A DNA stretch of 32,000 bases, taken from Cupriavidus necator. Its GTDB lineage: Bacteria; Pseudomonadota; Gammaproteobacteria; Burkholderiales; Burkholderiaceae. The stretch covers positions 1,560,001 through 1,592,000 of the forward strand of contig NZ_CP066019.1 in assembly GCF_016127575.1 (NCBI RefSeq), given 5' to 3'. This document shows, piece by piece, positions 15,126-25,029 of the stretch. The notes under the pieces are model-generated. The model was given only the letters and a program-made list of their open reading frames with translations. It was not told where the DNA came from and made no database searches. Made by a program: the position numbers and the translations under genes. The number at the start of each line of letters is the position of its first letter. The stretch's first letter is position 1.

Positions 15126-17453
15126 TCAGCTCGCCGCCGCGTTCTGGCGACGGGACGGCGTCAGCAACACCGGCACCGACTTCGACGTGGGCGTGCCGCA
15201 GCCATCGCCCGTGCTTTCCAGCGGCACCAGCGGATTGGTCTCGGGGTAGTACGCCCCCAGGCAGCCTTGCGGGATGTCGTATTCGACCAGCACGAAGTCC
15301 TCGACCTGGCGCTGCACGCCGTCGTCCCAGACACTGGTGATGTCCACGTGCTGGCCCGCCTTCAGGCCAAGCCGCGCCAGGTCAGCGGGGCTGATGAAGA
15401 CCACCCGGCGCAGGCCGAACACGCCGCGGTAGCGGTCGTCCAGGCCATAGATCGTGGTGTTGTACTGGTCATGCGAGCGCGTCGTCATCATCACCATCAG
15501 CTTGTCGCCATACTTCTGGCGGGCCCGGCTGATGGGGGTGTCCTTGTCGATGCGGTTGACCAGGAACTGCGCCTTGCCCGACGGCGTATGCCAGACCCGG
15601 TTGCATGCCGCCGGCGTCAGGTGGAACCCGCCCGGCACCGCCACGCGCTCGTTGTAGCTCTCGAAGCCGTCGATCACCTGCTCGATGGCGTCGCGGATGC
15701 GGGCGTAGTCCTGCGCATACCAGAGCCAGTCGATCTTCTCCGAGCCCAGCGTGGCGGCCGCCATGCGCGCGACGATGGCAATCTCCGACAACAGGTGCGG
15801 CGACGCCGGCGCGTTCATGCCAAAGGAGATATGGACCATGCAGACCGAGTCCTCGACCGTCACGCCCTGCGCCACGCCGTCCTGCTGGTCGATCTCGGTG
15901 CGGCCCAGCGTCGGCAGGATCAACGACTCCCTGCCGTGCACCAGGTGGCTGCGGTTGAGCTTGGTGGCGATGTTCACGGTCAGGTCGCACTGGCGCAGGG
16001 CCTCGAAGGTGCGTGGCGTATCCGGCGTGGCGGTGGAGAAATTGCCGCCCAGTCCGACAAAGACCTTGACCTTGCCCTCGAGCATCGCCGAGATGGTGTG
16101 GACCACATCATAGCCATGCTTGCGCGGCGGCTCGAAGCCGAAGGCGGCCTGCAGGCGGTCCAGGAATTCCGGCTCGGGCTTCTCTTCGATACCCACCGTG
16201 CGGTCGCCCTGCACGTTCGAATGCCCGCGCACCGGCAGCAGCCCGGCGCCGGGGCGCCCGATGTTCCCGCGCATCATCATCAGGTTGGACAGGATCTGCA
16301 CCGTCGGCACAGAGTGCTTATGCTGCGTCAGGCCCATGCCCCAGCAGGCGATCACGCGCTTGCCCTTGGCGTAGACCTGGGTCAAAGCATCGATGTCTTC
16401 CTGCGACACGCCCGACTCGGCGACGATGTCGGCCCAGCTCTCCGCGCGCAGGTCTTCGATGAAGTCGCCGTAGCCGATGGTGTGCTCGCGCACGAAATCC
16501 ACGTCGATCAGGCGCTCGCGGCCGTGCCGGATGGCCTCTTGGTCGAGTTCGTCCAGGCGCTTGGCCATGCCCTTGATCAAGGCAAAGTCACCGCCCAGCT
16601 TGGGCTGCACGAACATCGAGGCGATCTTGGTGCTGGAGCCGGTCAGCATCTCCACCGGGTGCTGCGGGCTGGTGAAGCGCTCCACCCCGCGTTCGCGCAG
16701 CGGGTTGATCGAGACGATGGTGGCGCCGCGCCGCGCGCATTCGCGCAGCTCGCCCAGCATGCGCGGATGGTTGGTGGCCGCATTGTGGCCGAACAGCAGG
16801 ATGGTGTCGGCATGCTCGAAATCATCCAGCACCACGGTGGCCTTGCCCACGCCGATGGTCGGCGGCAGGCCCCGGCTGGTGGCCTCGTGGCACATGTTCG
16901 AGCAGTCGGGGAAGTTGTTGGTGCCATAGGCACGCACGAACAGCTGGTAGAGGAATGCGGCCTCGTTGCTGGCGCGTCCCGACGTATAGAATGCGGCCTG
17001 GTTCGGGTCCGGCAGCGCGCGCAGGTGGCGCCCGATCAGCGCAAAGGCCTCGTCCCAGGCGATCGCACGGTACTTGTCGGTCTGCGCGTCATAGACCATG
17101 GGGTGCGTCAGCCGCCCGTGCTGCTCAAGCTCATAGTCCGTCTGCGCCATCAGCGACGTCACCGTGTGCTGCGCAAAGAACTCGGGGGTCACGCGCATGC
17201 TGGTGGACTCGGCGGCCACGGCCTTGACGCCGTTCTCGCAGAACTCGAAGGTGGAGGCGTGCTGCCGGTCCGGCCAGGCACAGCCGGGGCAGTCGAAGCC
17301 ATCGGCCTGGTTCTGCTTGAACAGCATCTTGTACTTGCCACCGGCAACCTTCTCCTTGATCAGGTTGATGGCAACGTACTTCAACGCACCCCAGCCGGCG
17401 GCGGGGTGGGTGTAGGGGGCGATGTGGCCTTTTTCAGGGGTCGGGGAGCTCAT
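15126..17453 (-). CDS. FdhF/YdeP family molybdopterin oxidoreductase (formate-dehydrogenase-like, single subunit)
   Basis: The 775-aa product has the N-terminal Cys cluster region DGFDCPGCAWPD...FEFCENG and bis-MGD oxidoreductase blocks (CWGMGLTQH, RGHSNVQGDR). fdhD lies immediately downstream. Confidence 0.9.
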   Translation of the reverse strand: MSSPTPEKGHIAPYTHPAAGWGALKYVAINLIKEKVAGGKYKMLFKQNQADGFDCPGCAWPDRQHASTFEFCENGVKAVAAESTSMRVTPEFFAQHTVTSLMAQTDYELEQHGRLTHPMVYDAQTDKYRAIAWDEAFALIGRHLRALPDPNQAAFYTSGRASNEAAFLYQLFVRAYGTNNFPDCSNMCHEATSRGLPPTIGVGKATVVLDDFEHADTILLFGHNAATNHPRMLGELRECARRGATIVSINPLRERGVERFTSPQHPVEMLTGSSTKIASMFVQPKLGGDFALIKGMAKRLDELDQEAIRHGRERLIDVDFVREHTIGYGDFIEDLRAESWADIVAESGVSQEDIDALTQVYAKGKRVIACWGMGLTQHKHSVPTVQILSNLMMMRGNIGRPGAGLLPVRGHSNVQGDRTVGIEEKPEPEFLDRLQAAFGFEPPRKHGYDVVHTISAMLEGKVKVFVGLGGNFSTATPDTPRTFEALRQCDLTVNIATKLNRSHLVHGRESLILPTLGRTEIDQQDGVAQGVTVEDSVCMVHISFGMNAPASPHLLSEIAIVARMAAATLGSEKIDWLWYAQDYARIRDAIEQVIDGFESYNERVAVPGGFHLTPAACNRVWHTPSGKAQFLVNRIDKDTPISRARQKYGDKLMVMMTTRSHDQYNTTIYGLDDRYRGVFGLRRVVFISPADLARLGLKAGQHVDITSVWDDGVQRQVEDFVLVEYDIPQGCLGAYYPETNPLVPLESTGDGCGTPTSKSVPVLLTPSRRQNAAAS

Positions 17454-17602
17454 TGGCGTGGTGTCCTGTAACGACGGGGGCGCTGTCCGGCGGCCTGCCA
17501 GTGCTGCGGCGGGGACCGGATCGTTGCGGTGTCACCAGATTAGATTTCCCGGGTGCCCCCGGGTACATACAAAGGGGCGCTTGCCCGGGGAGCACAGTTG
17601 CT

Positions 17603-18511
17603 TCAGACCAGCGGGAACGCCTTCACCACATGCCGCAGCAGGCTGTCGGCCACCGGGGACAGGTGCCGGCCGGTCCGGGTGATGATGTGGATGCGGCTGT
17701 TGTTCAGGATGGGATTTGCCAGCGGCAGCGACACCAGTTGCCTGAACTGCGGCTCCTTCAGCGCCACCGAGCGTGCCGTCATGATGTAGCCCAGCCCCAT
17801 CGCTGCATATTCCCACAGCACCTTGAACGAGTTGGTGACAAGCATCGGCTTCAGGGTGACGTGCTCGTCCAGCTCCGCCGCCTGGATATGCTTGCGCACA
17901 CCAAACGATTCCGTCAGCGCCGCTCCCTGGTGCGGCGCCAGATCCGCCAGCGTCAGTGCGCGGCGCTTGCGCGCCAGCGGGTGGTCTTTACGCACATGCA
18001 CGCGGATCGGCGACAGCCGTGAATAGTGCGAGCGCAGGCGCACATCGTCGGGCGGCTGAAAGACGAAGCCGACATGCGCCAGGTCCTCCAGGATATGCCG
18101 GACCGTTTCATCGGTGCCGGCCACCTGGATGCTGCAGCTCACGTCGGGATGCTTGCGCAGGAAGCCCTGCAGCACGGGCTCCAGCACCAGGTCGACGAAG
18201 CCTTCGCCAAAGACCAGCTCCACGTGGCCGCGCCGCGCATTCTTCAGGTTGTTGACCTCGGCCAGGAAGGTATCGTTCAGGTCCTGCTGGCGCCGGGCAA
18301 ACAGCGCCAGCAGGCGCCCGGCATCGGTGGCGACAACACCCCGGCCGCGCCGCTCAAGCAAAGTCAGCCCGGTTTCCTGCTCCAGTTTCGCCACGGCGCG
18401 GCTCACTACGGACGGGTCCAGCTCAAGCACCTCGGCCGCGCCGCGCACCGTGCCGGTCTCGATGATCTGCAGCAAGCACAGCGCCCGCTTGCGGTCCAGC
18501 ACATCTTCCAT
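17603..18511 (-). CDS. LysR family transcriptional regulator
   Basis: The N-terminal HTH reads LCLLQIIETGTVRGAAEVLELDPSVVSRAVAKLEQETGLTLLERRGRGV, followed by a substrate-binding domain. The 302-aa gene is divergent from the M20 hydrolase gene. Confidence 0.9.
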   Translation of the reverse strand: MEDVLDRKRALCLLQIIETGTVRGAAEVLELDPSVVSRAVAKLEQETGLTLLERRGRGVVATDAGRLLALFARRQQDLNDTFLAEVNNLKNARRGHVELVFGEGFVDLVLEPVLQGFLRKHPDVSCSIQVAGTDETVRHILEDLAHVGFVFQPPDDVRLRSHYSRLSPIRVHVRKDHPLARKRRALTLADLAPHQGAALTESFGVRKHIQAAELDEHVTLKPMLVTNSFKVLWEYAAMGLGYIMTARSVALKEPQFRQLVSLPLANPILNNSRIHIITRTGRHLSPVADSLLRHVVKAFPLV

Positions 18512-18567
18512 GTCTTCCTCCTCTGGCTCGTGCCGCCGCCTCAGGACGGCAGCACGGACTTTTTAAT

Positions 18568-18584
18568 GTTGCAAATTATGCAAC
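18568..18584. promoter_or_regulatory. candidate LysR-type (T-N11-A class) operator palindrome
   Basis: GTTGCA-AATTA-TGCAAC is a perfect 6-5-6 palindrome. It lies in the 152-bp divergent region between the LysR gene (start 18511) and the amidohydrolase gene (start 18664), inside the most AT-rich patch. Confidence 0.45.
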
Positions 18585-18663
18585 GTTTCTGCCTCATCAT
18601 TGTCATGGTTTCGGCAAGCGCCTGCGTGGAGAATGCTGTGGACGACCACGCTCCGATACCGCC

Positions 18664-19845
18664 ATGAACCAGGCCCCGCTTGCCGAACTGCACCAATCCA
18701 TCCAGACCCTGTCGCCGGAGTTCGTTGAGATCCGCCGAAAGATCCATGCGCACCCCGAACTGGCCTTTGAAGAGCGCCAGACCAGCGACCTGGTCGCCGG
18801 ACGGCTGGCGGCATGGGGCTACGAGGTGCATCGCGGCATGGGCACCACCGGCGTCGTGGGCAGGCTAAGGAAGGGGCAAGGCAGCAAGGCGCTGGGCATC
18901 CGCGCCGACATGGACGCGCTGCCGATTCAGGAAAAGACCGGCCTTGACTACGCCAGCACCATCGCCGGCAAGATGCACGCCTGCGGCCATGACGGGCACA
19001 CGGCGATCCTGCTGTGTGCCGCCAGGTACCTGTCCGAGTCCGTTAATTTCAATGGCACGCTCAACCTGATCTTCCAGCCGGCCGAGGAGAACGAAGGCGG
19101 TGCGCTGCGCATGCTGGACGATGGGCTGTTCGAGCAATTCCCCTGCGACGAAATCTATGCGCTGCACAATTCCCCGGGGCTGCCGGTCGGCCAGATCGGG
19201 GTCATCGCCGGCCCTGCCATGGCCTCGTTCGACCGCGCCACGGTCACGCTGCGCGGCCGCGGCGCCCATGGCGCCATGCCTCATCATGGCATCGACGCCA
19301 TGCAGTGCGCCGCCAGCATCGTGCTTGGACTGCAATCGATCGTCAGCCGCGAGATCGATGCGCTCAAGTCCGCGGTCATTACCGTAGGCTCCATCCAGGC
19401 TGGCACCACCTACAACGTCGTGCCCGACAGCGCAACGATCAAGATCGGCGTGCGCACGCTGGACCCGCAGGTGCGTACGCTGGTCGAAGCGCGCATCAGC
19501 GAATTTGTCGCCGCACAGGCCCAGAGCTTCCGGCTGCAATCCGAGGTCATCTACGAACGCAAGTACCCGGTACTGGTCAACCACGACGCGCAGACCGAGC
19601 GCGCGCGCCAGGCCGCGATCCGGCTGGTGGGCGCGGACAACGTGGTCGAGCGCCCGCCGGTGATGGGCAGCGAAGACTTCGCCTACATGCTGGAGCACCG
19701 GCCCGGTGCCTACATCCGGCTCGGCAACGGCCTGGGCGAGGATGGTGGTTGCATGGTCCACAACCCCCTGTACGACTTCAATGACAAGGCCCTGCCTGTC
19801 GGCGCCGCATTCTGGGCGCACCTGACGCAAAGCTATCTGGTTTGA
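18664..19845 (+). CDS. M20 family metallopeptidase / amidohydrolase (N-acyl-amino-acid or hippurate hydrolase type, M20D)
   Basis: Motifs MHACGHDGH and FQPAEENEGGA are present, with a dimerisation-domain insert. Length is 393 aa. Confidence 0.9.
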   Translation: MNQAPLAELHQSIQTLSPEFVEIRRKIHAHPELAFEERQTSDLVAGRLAAWGYEVHRGMGTTGVVGRLRKGQGSKALGIRADMDALPIQEKTGLDYASTIAGKMHACGHDGHTAILLCAARYLSESVNFNGTLNLIFQPAEENEGGALRMLDDGLFEQFPCDEIYALHNSPGLPVGQIGVIAGPAMASFDRATVTLRGRGAHGAMPHHGIDAMQCAASIVLGLQSIVSREIDALKSAVITVGSIQAGTTYNVVPDSATIKIGVRTLDPQVRTLVEARISEFVAAQAQSFRLQSEVIYERKYPVLVNHDAQTERARQAAIRLVGADNVVERPPVMGSEDFAYMLEHRPGAYIRLGNGLGEDGGCMVHNPLYDFNDKALPVGAAFWAHLTQSYLV

Positions 19846-19871
19846 ACAACAATTCTTCGGGGACATCCACC

Positions 19872-20882
19872 ATGGCTTCACTGAACCGCCGCCGCTTCCT
19901 TCAATATGCCGGTGTTTCCGCCGGCACCTCCGTGCTGGCCAGCCTGCCGGCCTTTGCCGCAGACAACTTCCCCGCCAAGTCGCTGTCCCTGGTGGTCCCC
20001 TACCCGGCCGGCGGTGCCAGCGACACTTCGGCGCGCATCTTCGGGGAATCCATCAGCAAGAGCGTCGGGCAGCAGGTGGTCGTCGAGAACTACGGCGGCG
20101 GCACCGGGCTGATCGGCGCCAACAAGGTGCTGGGCGCACCGGCCGATGGCTACACCTTCTTCCACGGCTCGATCAACGAGGTCTTCCTGGCTCCCATGCT
20201 CAACCCGGCGGCGCGCTACAAGCCGCAGGACTTCCAGCTGGCCGCGCCCATCAGCGACGCCAACATCGTGCTGATGGTCAGGAACGGCATTGCCGTGGAT
20301 ACCCTGGACAATTTCCTGGACTATGCGAAGAAAAGCAAGGGGAAACCGCTGACCTACGCCACGGTCGGCATCGACTCCATCTATCACCTCATGGGCGATG
20401 CGCTGGCTGCCCGGCTCGGCGTGCCCTTCCTGCACGTGCCGTACAAGGGCGGCGCTCCAGCGCTGCAAGGCCTTGCCGGCGGGGAGGTCGACTTTGCCAT
20501 CCTGCCCTACCAATCCAGTTTCGACAGCATGCAGCAACAGGGCCGGCTGAAGGTGCTGAGCAGCTTCGCCAAGGCCCTGCCCCCGGCGCTCAAGCATATT
20601 CCGCTGATCTCGCAAAGCCGGCTGGTGCCCGACTTCGAGTACTCGATCGGCGGCGGCTACTTCGTCAGGCAGGGCACGCCCGCTAGCCGGGTGGCAGTGC
20701 TGCGCAAGGCGATTGGCGAAGCCCTGGCCAAGCCCGAGATCCGGGCCAAGCTCGAAGCCGAGGGACGTACGGTCGCACAGCCGATCAACAGCCAGGAGCA
20801 GGCGAATCAGGTCTTCGACCAGTACCTGGGACGTGTCACGCAACTGATCCGGAACGTGGGCCGCAAGACCAACGCGTCCTGA
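19872..20882 (+). CDS. Bug family tripartite tricarboxylate transporter substrate-binding protein (TctC-like)
   Basis: I trimmed ORF 19842..20882 to the ATG at 19872. It has a Tat-type signal MASLNRRRFLQYAGVSAGTSVLASLPAFA, then LVVPYPAGGASDTSAR and VENYGGGTG, both typical of Bug proteins. No tctA or tctB is nearby. Confidence 0.9.
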   Translation: MASLNRRRFLQYAGVSAGTSVLASLPAFAADNFPAKSLSLVVPYPAGGASDTSARIFGESISKSVGQQVVVENYGGGTGLIGANKVLGAPADGYTFFHGSINEVFLAPMLNPAARYKPQDFQLAAPISDANIVLMVRNGIAVDTLDNFLDYAKKSKGKPLTYATVGIDSIYHLMGDALAARLGVPFLHVPYKGGAPALQGLAGGEVDFAILPYQSSFDSMQQQGRLKVLSSFAKALPPALKHIPLISQSRLVPDFEYSIGGGYFVRQGTPASRVAVLRKAIGEALAKPEIRAKLEAEGRTVAQPINSQEQANQVFDQYLGRVTQLIRNVGRKTNAS

Positions 20883-20903
20883 AGTCATGTCGCAGCGCGC
20901 GCC

Positions 20904-21677
20904 TTAGCTGGCCGGCCAGGCTGCCTTGGGTGACACACCCGGGGCAAGCCGTTCCGCCAGGAAGGCCTGCATTGCCGCCCAGGACCGGCGGTCCGCCGCC
21001 GCATCATAGGCAATGCCACGATCCGGAAGATTCGCCCCCTCGAACGTGAATGCATGCAGGGCATGGCCATAGGCATGCAGCTGCCAGTCGGCGCCGGCGC
21101 CGGTCAGCTCCCCTGCAATGCCGAGAACATCGTTCGGCGGCGCGACCGGGTCTTCCCAACCATGCAGGAGCAGGATGCTGGAAGTAATGGGTGCTTGCGG
21201 GCCGATCCGCGGCGGTTGAAGCACCCCGTGGAAGCTGACGGTAGCCAGCAGGTTCGGCGGGGCCGCGCGCGCCAGGTCCAGGGCGCACAGGCCGCCGAAG
21301 CAATACCCAAGCGCAGCCATCCGCTTCGCATCGACCCCGGGAAACGTGGTGGCCGCATCGAACCCGGCCAGCAGGCGCCGGCGCAACAAGCGGCGATCGG
21401 CCATCATCGGGCCCATGAGATGCGCGTTGTCTCCCAGCTCGTCACCACGGACGCCCTTGCCGTACACGTCTGCGGCAAAGCAGATGTAGCCCAATGCCGC
21501 AAGCCGGTCGGCGCAGCAGCGCATCGCGGCGTTGAGTCCGCTCCATTCGTGGGCCAGCAGCACGCACGGCGTGCGTTGGGCCAGCCCGGCGGGCCGCGCT
21601 ACATACCCTTCGAAGACAGTCGTGCCATCCGTGTATTCGACCAACGATTGTTCCAGCGGCAGATTCCCAGCGTCCAT
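20904..21677 (-). CDS. dienelactone hydrolase family protein
   Basis: I trimmed ORF 20904..21704 to the ATG at 21677, which has AAGGAGA 7 nt upstream. The alpha/beta hydrolase fold carries a Cys nucleophile elbow GYCFGG, and the C-terminus has HAYGHALHAF. Confidence 0.85.
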   Translation of the reverse strand: MDAGNLPLEQSLVEYTDGTTVFEGYVARPAGLAQRTPCVLLAHEWSGLNAAMRCCADRLAALGYICFAADVYGKGVRGDELGDNAHLMGPMMADRRLLRRRLLAGFDAATTFPGVDAKRMAALGYCFGGLCALDLARAAPPNLLATVSFHGVLQPPRIGPQAPITSSILLLHGWEDPVAPPNDVLGIAGELTGAGADWQLHAYGHALHAFTFEGANLPDRGIAYDAAADRRSWAAMQAFLAERLAPGVSPKAAWPAS

Positions 21678-21757
21678 AGCATTCTCCTTTTGAGCCGCCA
21701 GCATGCGGCAGGCGGGGAACGCTGTATTGAACGTTTGGGACGCCAGGTGTTGCGTCG

Positions 21758-22570
21758 TCAGAGATAGAAGGCCGGGGCATCGTCTGGCAGGAGTCCGAAG
21801 TACTCGGCGAGCGGCGATGGCCCGTTGCGCGCATAGTCGCCCGGCGTCTGGGCCAGGCGCCGCCGCCAGCTCCGTATCTGATGTGGCTGATCGCTATAGC
21901 CTGACAGCGCGTCGCCCGCGCCGCGCTGCACCGCCTGGATGCTGGACTGCAGTCGCTCCAGGTCCATCAACTGCTTGGGGCCAACGCCAAGGTGCCGCTC
22001 GAACCAGCGGTTCAGCTGGCGCCGGTTGACGGCGGTCAGGCTGGCGACTTCCTGCACTTGCCGTCCCTGGCGCAGCAGCGCATGCGCCGCCCTGATCGTC
22101 GCCAGTTCCGCAGCCGGCCGGATAGCCGTCATGCGTCGCAGCAACCACGCGTCCAGCTGGCAGGCAACCCTCGCCGGGGTCCAGGCGGCGCTCAGGTCGG
22201 CGCTGAGCGCATGGGTCGCGCCATCGCCAAGGTATCCGGCCAGGTCCAGCAGCTGATCCTTGCAGTCCGGCCCGATGCCGGGGAACAGCCGCGCCAGGCC
22301 CGCGCCACTCAGCATCGCCATGACGAAATAGGTGTCCGGCCACGACCGCCATTGCCGGCTGGTCGACTGGAAGCCCAGCAGCGACACCTGCGGCACGGTC
22401 GGGCCGCCCTCCATCGCGTTCGGGCGTCCGAAGTTGATCGAGAGCACCGACCCCGGGTACGGGCAGGTCACGATCCGCCTGCCCGCGTAAACACCCGCCA
22501 GGTCCTCGACGAACCAGTAGCCGTTGACGTAGGGCGCCAGGGCGGCGCAAGGAGCAATCACCTGGAACAT
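21758..22570 (-). CDS. AraC family transcriptional regulator
   Basis: The C-terminal AraC-type double HTH includes RQLNRWFERHLGVGPKQLMDLERLQSSIQAV and GYSDQPHQIRSWRR. The N-terminal sensing domain is uncharacterised. Length is 270 aa. Confidence 0.8.
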   Translation of the reverse strand: MFQVIAPCAALAPYVNGYWFVEDLAGVYAGRRIVTCPYPGSVLSINFGRPNAMEGGPTVPQVSLLGFQSTSRQWRSWPDTYFVMAMLSGAGLARLFPGIGPDCKDQLLDLAGYLGDGATHALSADLSAAWTPARVACQLDAWLLRRMTAIRPAAELATIRAAHALLRQGRQVQEVASLTAVNRRQLNRWFERHLGVGPKQLMDLERLQSSIQAVQRGAGDALSGYSDQPHQIRSWRRRLAQTPGDYARNGPSPLAEYFGLLPDDAPAFYL

Positions 22571-22632
22571 AGCGGACGTGTCGTGGCATGCGCCGGAAAC
22601 AGGACAGCCGTACCTTTATCACAAAGCGTCGA

Positions 22633-23277
22633 CTAGCGCCGGTGGTCGAACCGCCGCGCCAGCCGTTCACCGGCAAACTGCACCAGCGTGACCAGCGTCA
22701 CCAGGATCGCGATCACATGGAACATCACGGCGGTCTCGTAGCGTTCGTAGCCATAGCGGATCGCCAGATCACCCAGCCCGCCGGCGCCGACCGCGCCCGC
22801 CATCGCCGACGAACCGATCATGGCGATCACGGTCACGGTGGCGCCGCCGATGATCGCGGGCATCGCCTCCGGCAGCAGCACGTGGCGCACGATATGCCAG
22901 CGGCGGCATCCCATGGCTCGGGCCGCCTCGACAAGCCCCGGGTCGATCTCATTGAGTGCAACCTGCGAGATGCGCGCGAAGAACGGTATCAGGTGGGCGC
23001 TCAGCGGCACCACCGCCGCCCACGTGCCCATGGTGGTGCCGACGATCATGCGCGTCACCGGAAGCATCGCGACCAGCAGGATGATGAAGGGAATCGAGCG
23101 GAACATGTTCACCAGCACCGACAAGGTCCGGTGCAGCCGCGGCCGCGGCGCCAGGCCGCCGGGAGCGGTCATGGTGAGCACGAGGGCCAGCACCATGCCG
23201 GCGGCGAACACCACGGCGCACGCGCTGGTGGTCATCAGCAGGGTCTCGCCCAGTGCCTTGAAATACTTGTCAGCCAT
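22633..23277 (-). CDS. metI: methionine/organosulfur ABC transporter permease (MetI family)
   Basis: I trimmed ORF 22633..23460 to the ATG at 23277 ([16 protein letters not shown]...). The EAA-loop region reads [31 protein letters not shown]. The 214-aa gene overlaps metN by 8 nt. Confidence 0.9.
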   Translation of the reverse strand: MADKYFKALGETLLMTTSACAVVFAAGMVLALVLTMTAPGGLAPRPRLHRTLSVLVNMFRSIPFIILLVAMLPVTRMIVGTTMGTWAAVVPLSAHLIPFFARISQVALNEIDPGLVEAARAMGCRRWHIVRHVLLPEAMPAIIGGATVTVIAMIGSSAMAGAVGAGGLGDLAIRYGYERYETAVMFHVIAILVTLVTLVQFAGERLARRFDHRR

Positions 23278-24103
23278 TGGCAGCAGCACGATGTGCAGTC
23301 TCCTGTCTGGTTGTGTCCGGCACGGCGGCCATGCGGTGCCGCAATGGCCGCAGCAGCGCGATGGTGGCTTCCGCGTGCGGCTCGGCAAACACCTTCCAGA
23401 CGGGGCCATGCTCGATGACGTGGCCGTGGTCGAGCACCAGCACGCGGTCGCAGGCTTCACTGATCACCGCCATGTCGTGCGTGATCAGCACCACGGTCAG
23501 CCCCAGCCGCTGGTTGATGTCGCGCAGCAGCGCCAGGATCTGTTCAGTGGTCTCCGGGTCCAGCGCGGAAGTGGCCTCATCGCACAGCAGGATCTCGGGC
23601 CGGTGCACCAGCGCACGGGCGATGCCCACGCGCTGCTTCTGCCCGCCGGACTGCATCACGGGATAGGCGCGCGCCTTGTCGGTCAGCCCGACCAGGTCCA
23701 GCAGCTCCATCACACGGACCGCGATCTCGTGGCGCGGCACACCCGCCACGCGCAGCGGCAGCGCGACGTTGTCGAATACGGTCTTGGCCGACAGCAGGTT
23801 GAAGTGCTGGAAGATCATGCCGATCCGGCGCCGCAGCGTCACCAGCCCGTTCTCGTCCAGCAGGCCGATATCGGTGCCGTCGATGCGGACGTGGCCGGTG
23901 TCGGGACGCTCCAGCATGTTGATGGTACGCAGCAGCGTCGACTTGCCGGCGCCGCTGCGTCCGATGATGCCGAAGCGCTCGCCGCGGCCAATGGTGAAGG
24001 AAATATCGGCCAGCGCGGGGGCGCCTGCCCCCGCGTAGGTCTTGCCGATCCCCGCGAACACGATATGCGGCGCGGATTCGCGCAACGGTAGGACAGCGTG
24101 CAT
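23270..24103 (-). CDS. metN: methionine-type ABC transporter ATP-binding protein, short form without a C-terminal NIL domain
   Basis: Walker A is GRSGAGKST, the signature is [15 protein letters not shown] and Walker B is [12 protein letters not shown]. The product is 277 aa, with only about 35 residues after the ABC core. Confidence 0.88.
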   Translation of the reverse strand: MHAVLPLRESAPHIVFAGIGKTYAGAGAPALADISFTIGRGERFGIIGRSGAGKSTLLRTINMLERPDTGHVRIDGTDIGLLDENGLVTLRRRIGMIFQHFNLLSAKTVFDNVALPLRVAGVPRHEIAVRVMELLDLVGLTDKARAYPVMQSGGQKQRVGIARALVHRPEILLCDEATSALDPETTEQILALLRDINQRLGLTVVLITHDMAVISEACDRVLVLDHGHVIEHGPVWKVFAEPHAEATIALLRPLRHRMAAVPDTTRQETAHRAAANG

Positions 24104-24112
24104 GCTGGCTCG

Positions 24113-24937
24113 TCAGAAGGCAGGGATCACGGAACCCTGGTATTTGGTCTGGATGAACTTGCGCACCTCGTCGGACTGATAGGCCTTGACCAGCCGCGCG
24201 ACCCACGGCGCGCCCTTGTCCTTCTCGCGCACGGCAATCACATTCACGTACGGGTTGTGCTCCCTCTTTTCCACCGCGATGCCGTCGCGCGTGGCGATCA
24301 GGCCGGCCTGGTACGCAAAGGTATTGACGATGGCGGCCGCATCGACGTCTGGCAGCGCGCGCGGCAGCACCACCGAGGCGCTTTCCACGAACTCCAGCTT
24401 CCTCGGGTTGGCCGTGATGTCGGCCAGCGACGCCGTGCCGGTATAGGGATCGAAACCATCCTTGAGCTTGACCAGCCCGTGGTCGCGCAGGATCACCAGC
24501 GCGCGCGTCTGGTTGCTCGGGTCGTTCGGGATGCCGATGCGCGCGCCGTTGGGCAGCGCCTCCAGCGACTTGACTTTGCGCGAATAGAACGCGATCGGCG
24601 AGATCAGCGTATCGCCGACATTGACGATCTTGTAGCCCCGCTGCCGGACCTGGTCGCGCAGGAACGGGATGTGCTGGAAGGCATTGGCATCGAGGTCGCC
24701 ATTGTTGAGGGCCTCGTTGGGGCTGGCGGTGCCGGTGATGACGATGGTCTGCACCTTCAGCCCCTGCTTGTCGGCGACGCGCGTCACCACTTCCCAGATC
24801 TCTTCGTCGACCCCGCCGCGCACGCCGACCTTGAGTGGCCGGTCGCTGGCTTGCGCGTGGGCGTTGCCGATGGAGAGCGTGGCAAGCGCCGTCAGCGCGG
24901 CGAGTGCGAGGGTGGCAAAGAAAGGGCGTCGTGTCAT
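24113..24937 (-). CDS. metQ: MetQ/NlpA family ABC transporter substrate-binding protein
   Basis: I trimmed ORF 24113..25015 to the ATG at 24937. The signal peptide is MTRRPFFATLALAALTALATLSIGNAHA. NlpA-family blocks include NEALNNGDLDANAFQH and NVIAVREKDKGAPWV. Confidence 0.9.
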   Translation of the reverse strand: MTRRPFFATLALAALTALATLSIGNAHAQASDRPLKVGVRGGVDEEIWEVVTRVADKQGLKVQTIVITGTASPNEALNNGDLDANAFQHIPFLRDQVRQRGYKIVNVGDTLISPIAFYSRKVKSLEALPNGARIGIPNDPSNQTRALVILRDHGLVKLKDGFDPYTGTASLADITANPRKLEFVESASVVLPRALPDVDAAAIVNTFAYQAGLIATRDGIAVEKREHNPYVNVIAVREKDKGAPWVARLVKAYQSDEVRKFIQTKYQGSVIPAF

Positions 24938-25029
24938 GGCAGGTGGGCAGTGATAAGGAAGGACCAGTCTAAGAAACGCCCGTTGCCCAGTCCACGAAGG
25001 AATACGACGTAGCAAATGCGGACTTCTGC

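Noticed and set aside
15057-17471. An 804-aa plus-strand ORF opposite the YdeP-like gene. Similar long shadow ORFs occur at 811..1899(+), 12956..14194(+), 22820..24091(+), 24098..25012(+), 26355..27629(+), 19878..20888(-) and 4232..5713(-).
   Set aside because: Each is antisense or out of frame to a gene with clear family motifs. Composition is dominated by R/A/G/H/D/Q runs, and none has an RBS or recognisable motifs.
17454-17602. CCCGGG-TGCC-CCCGGG and GGGC-AAGC-GCCC mini-hairpins downstream of the LysR gene and upstream of the YdeP-like gene, considered as terminator or promoter elements.
   Set aside because: The stems are 4-6 bp of self-complementary GC-rich sequence. The only U-rich run (CUUUGUAUGU on the minus strand) is weak. 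I could not define a convincing -35/-10 or -24/-12 for the YdeP-like gene.
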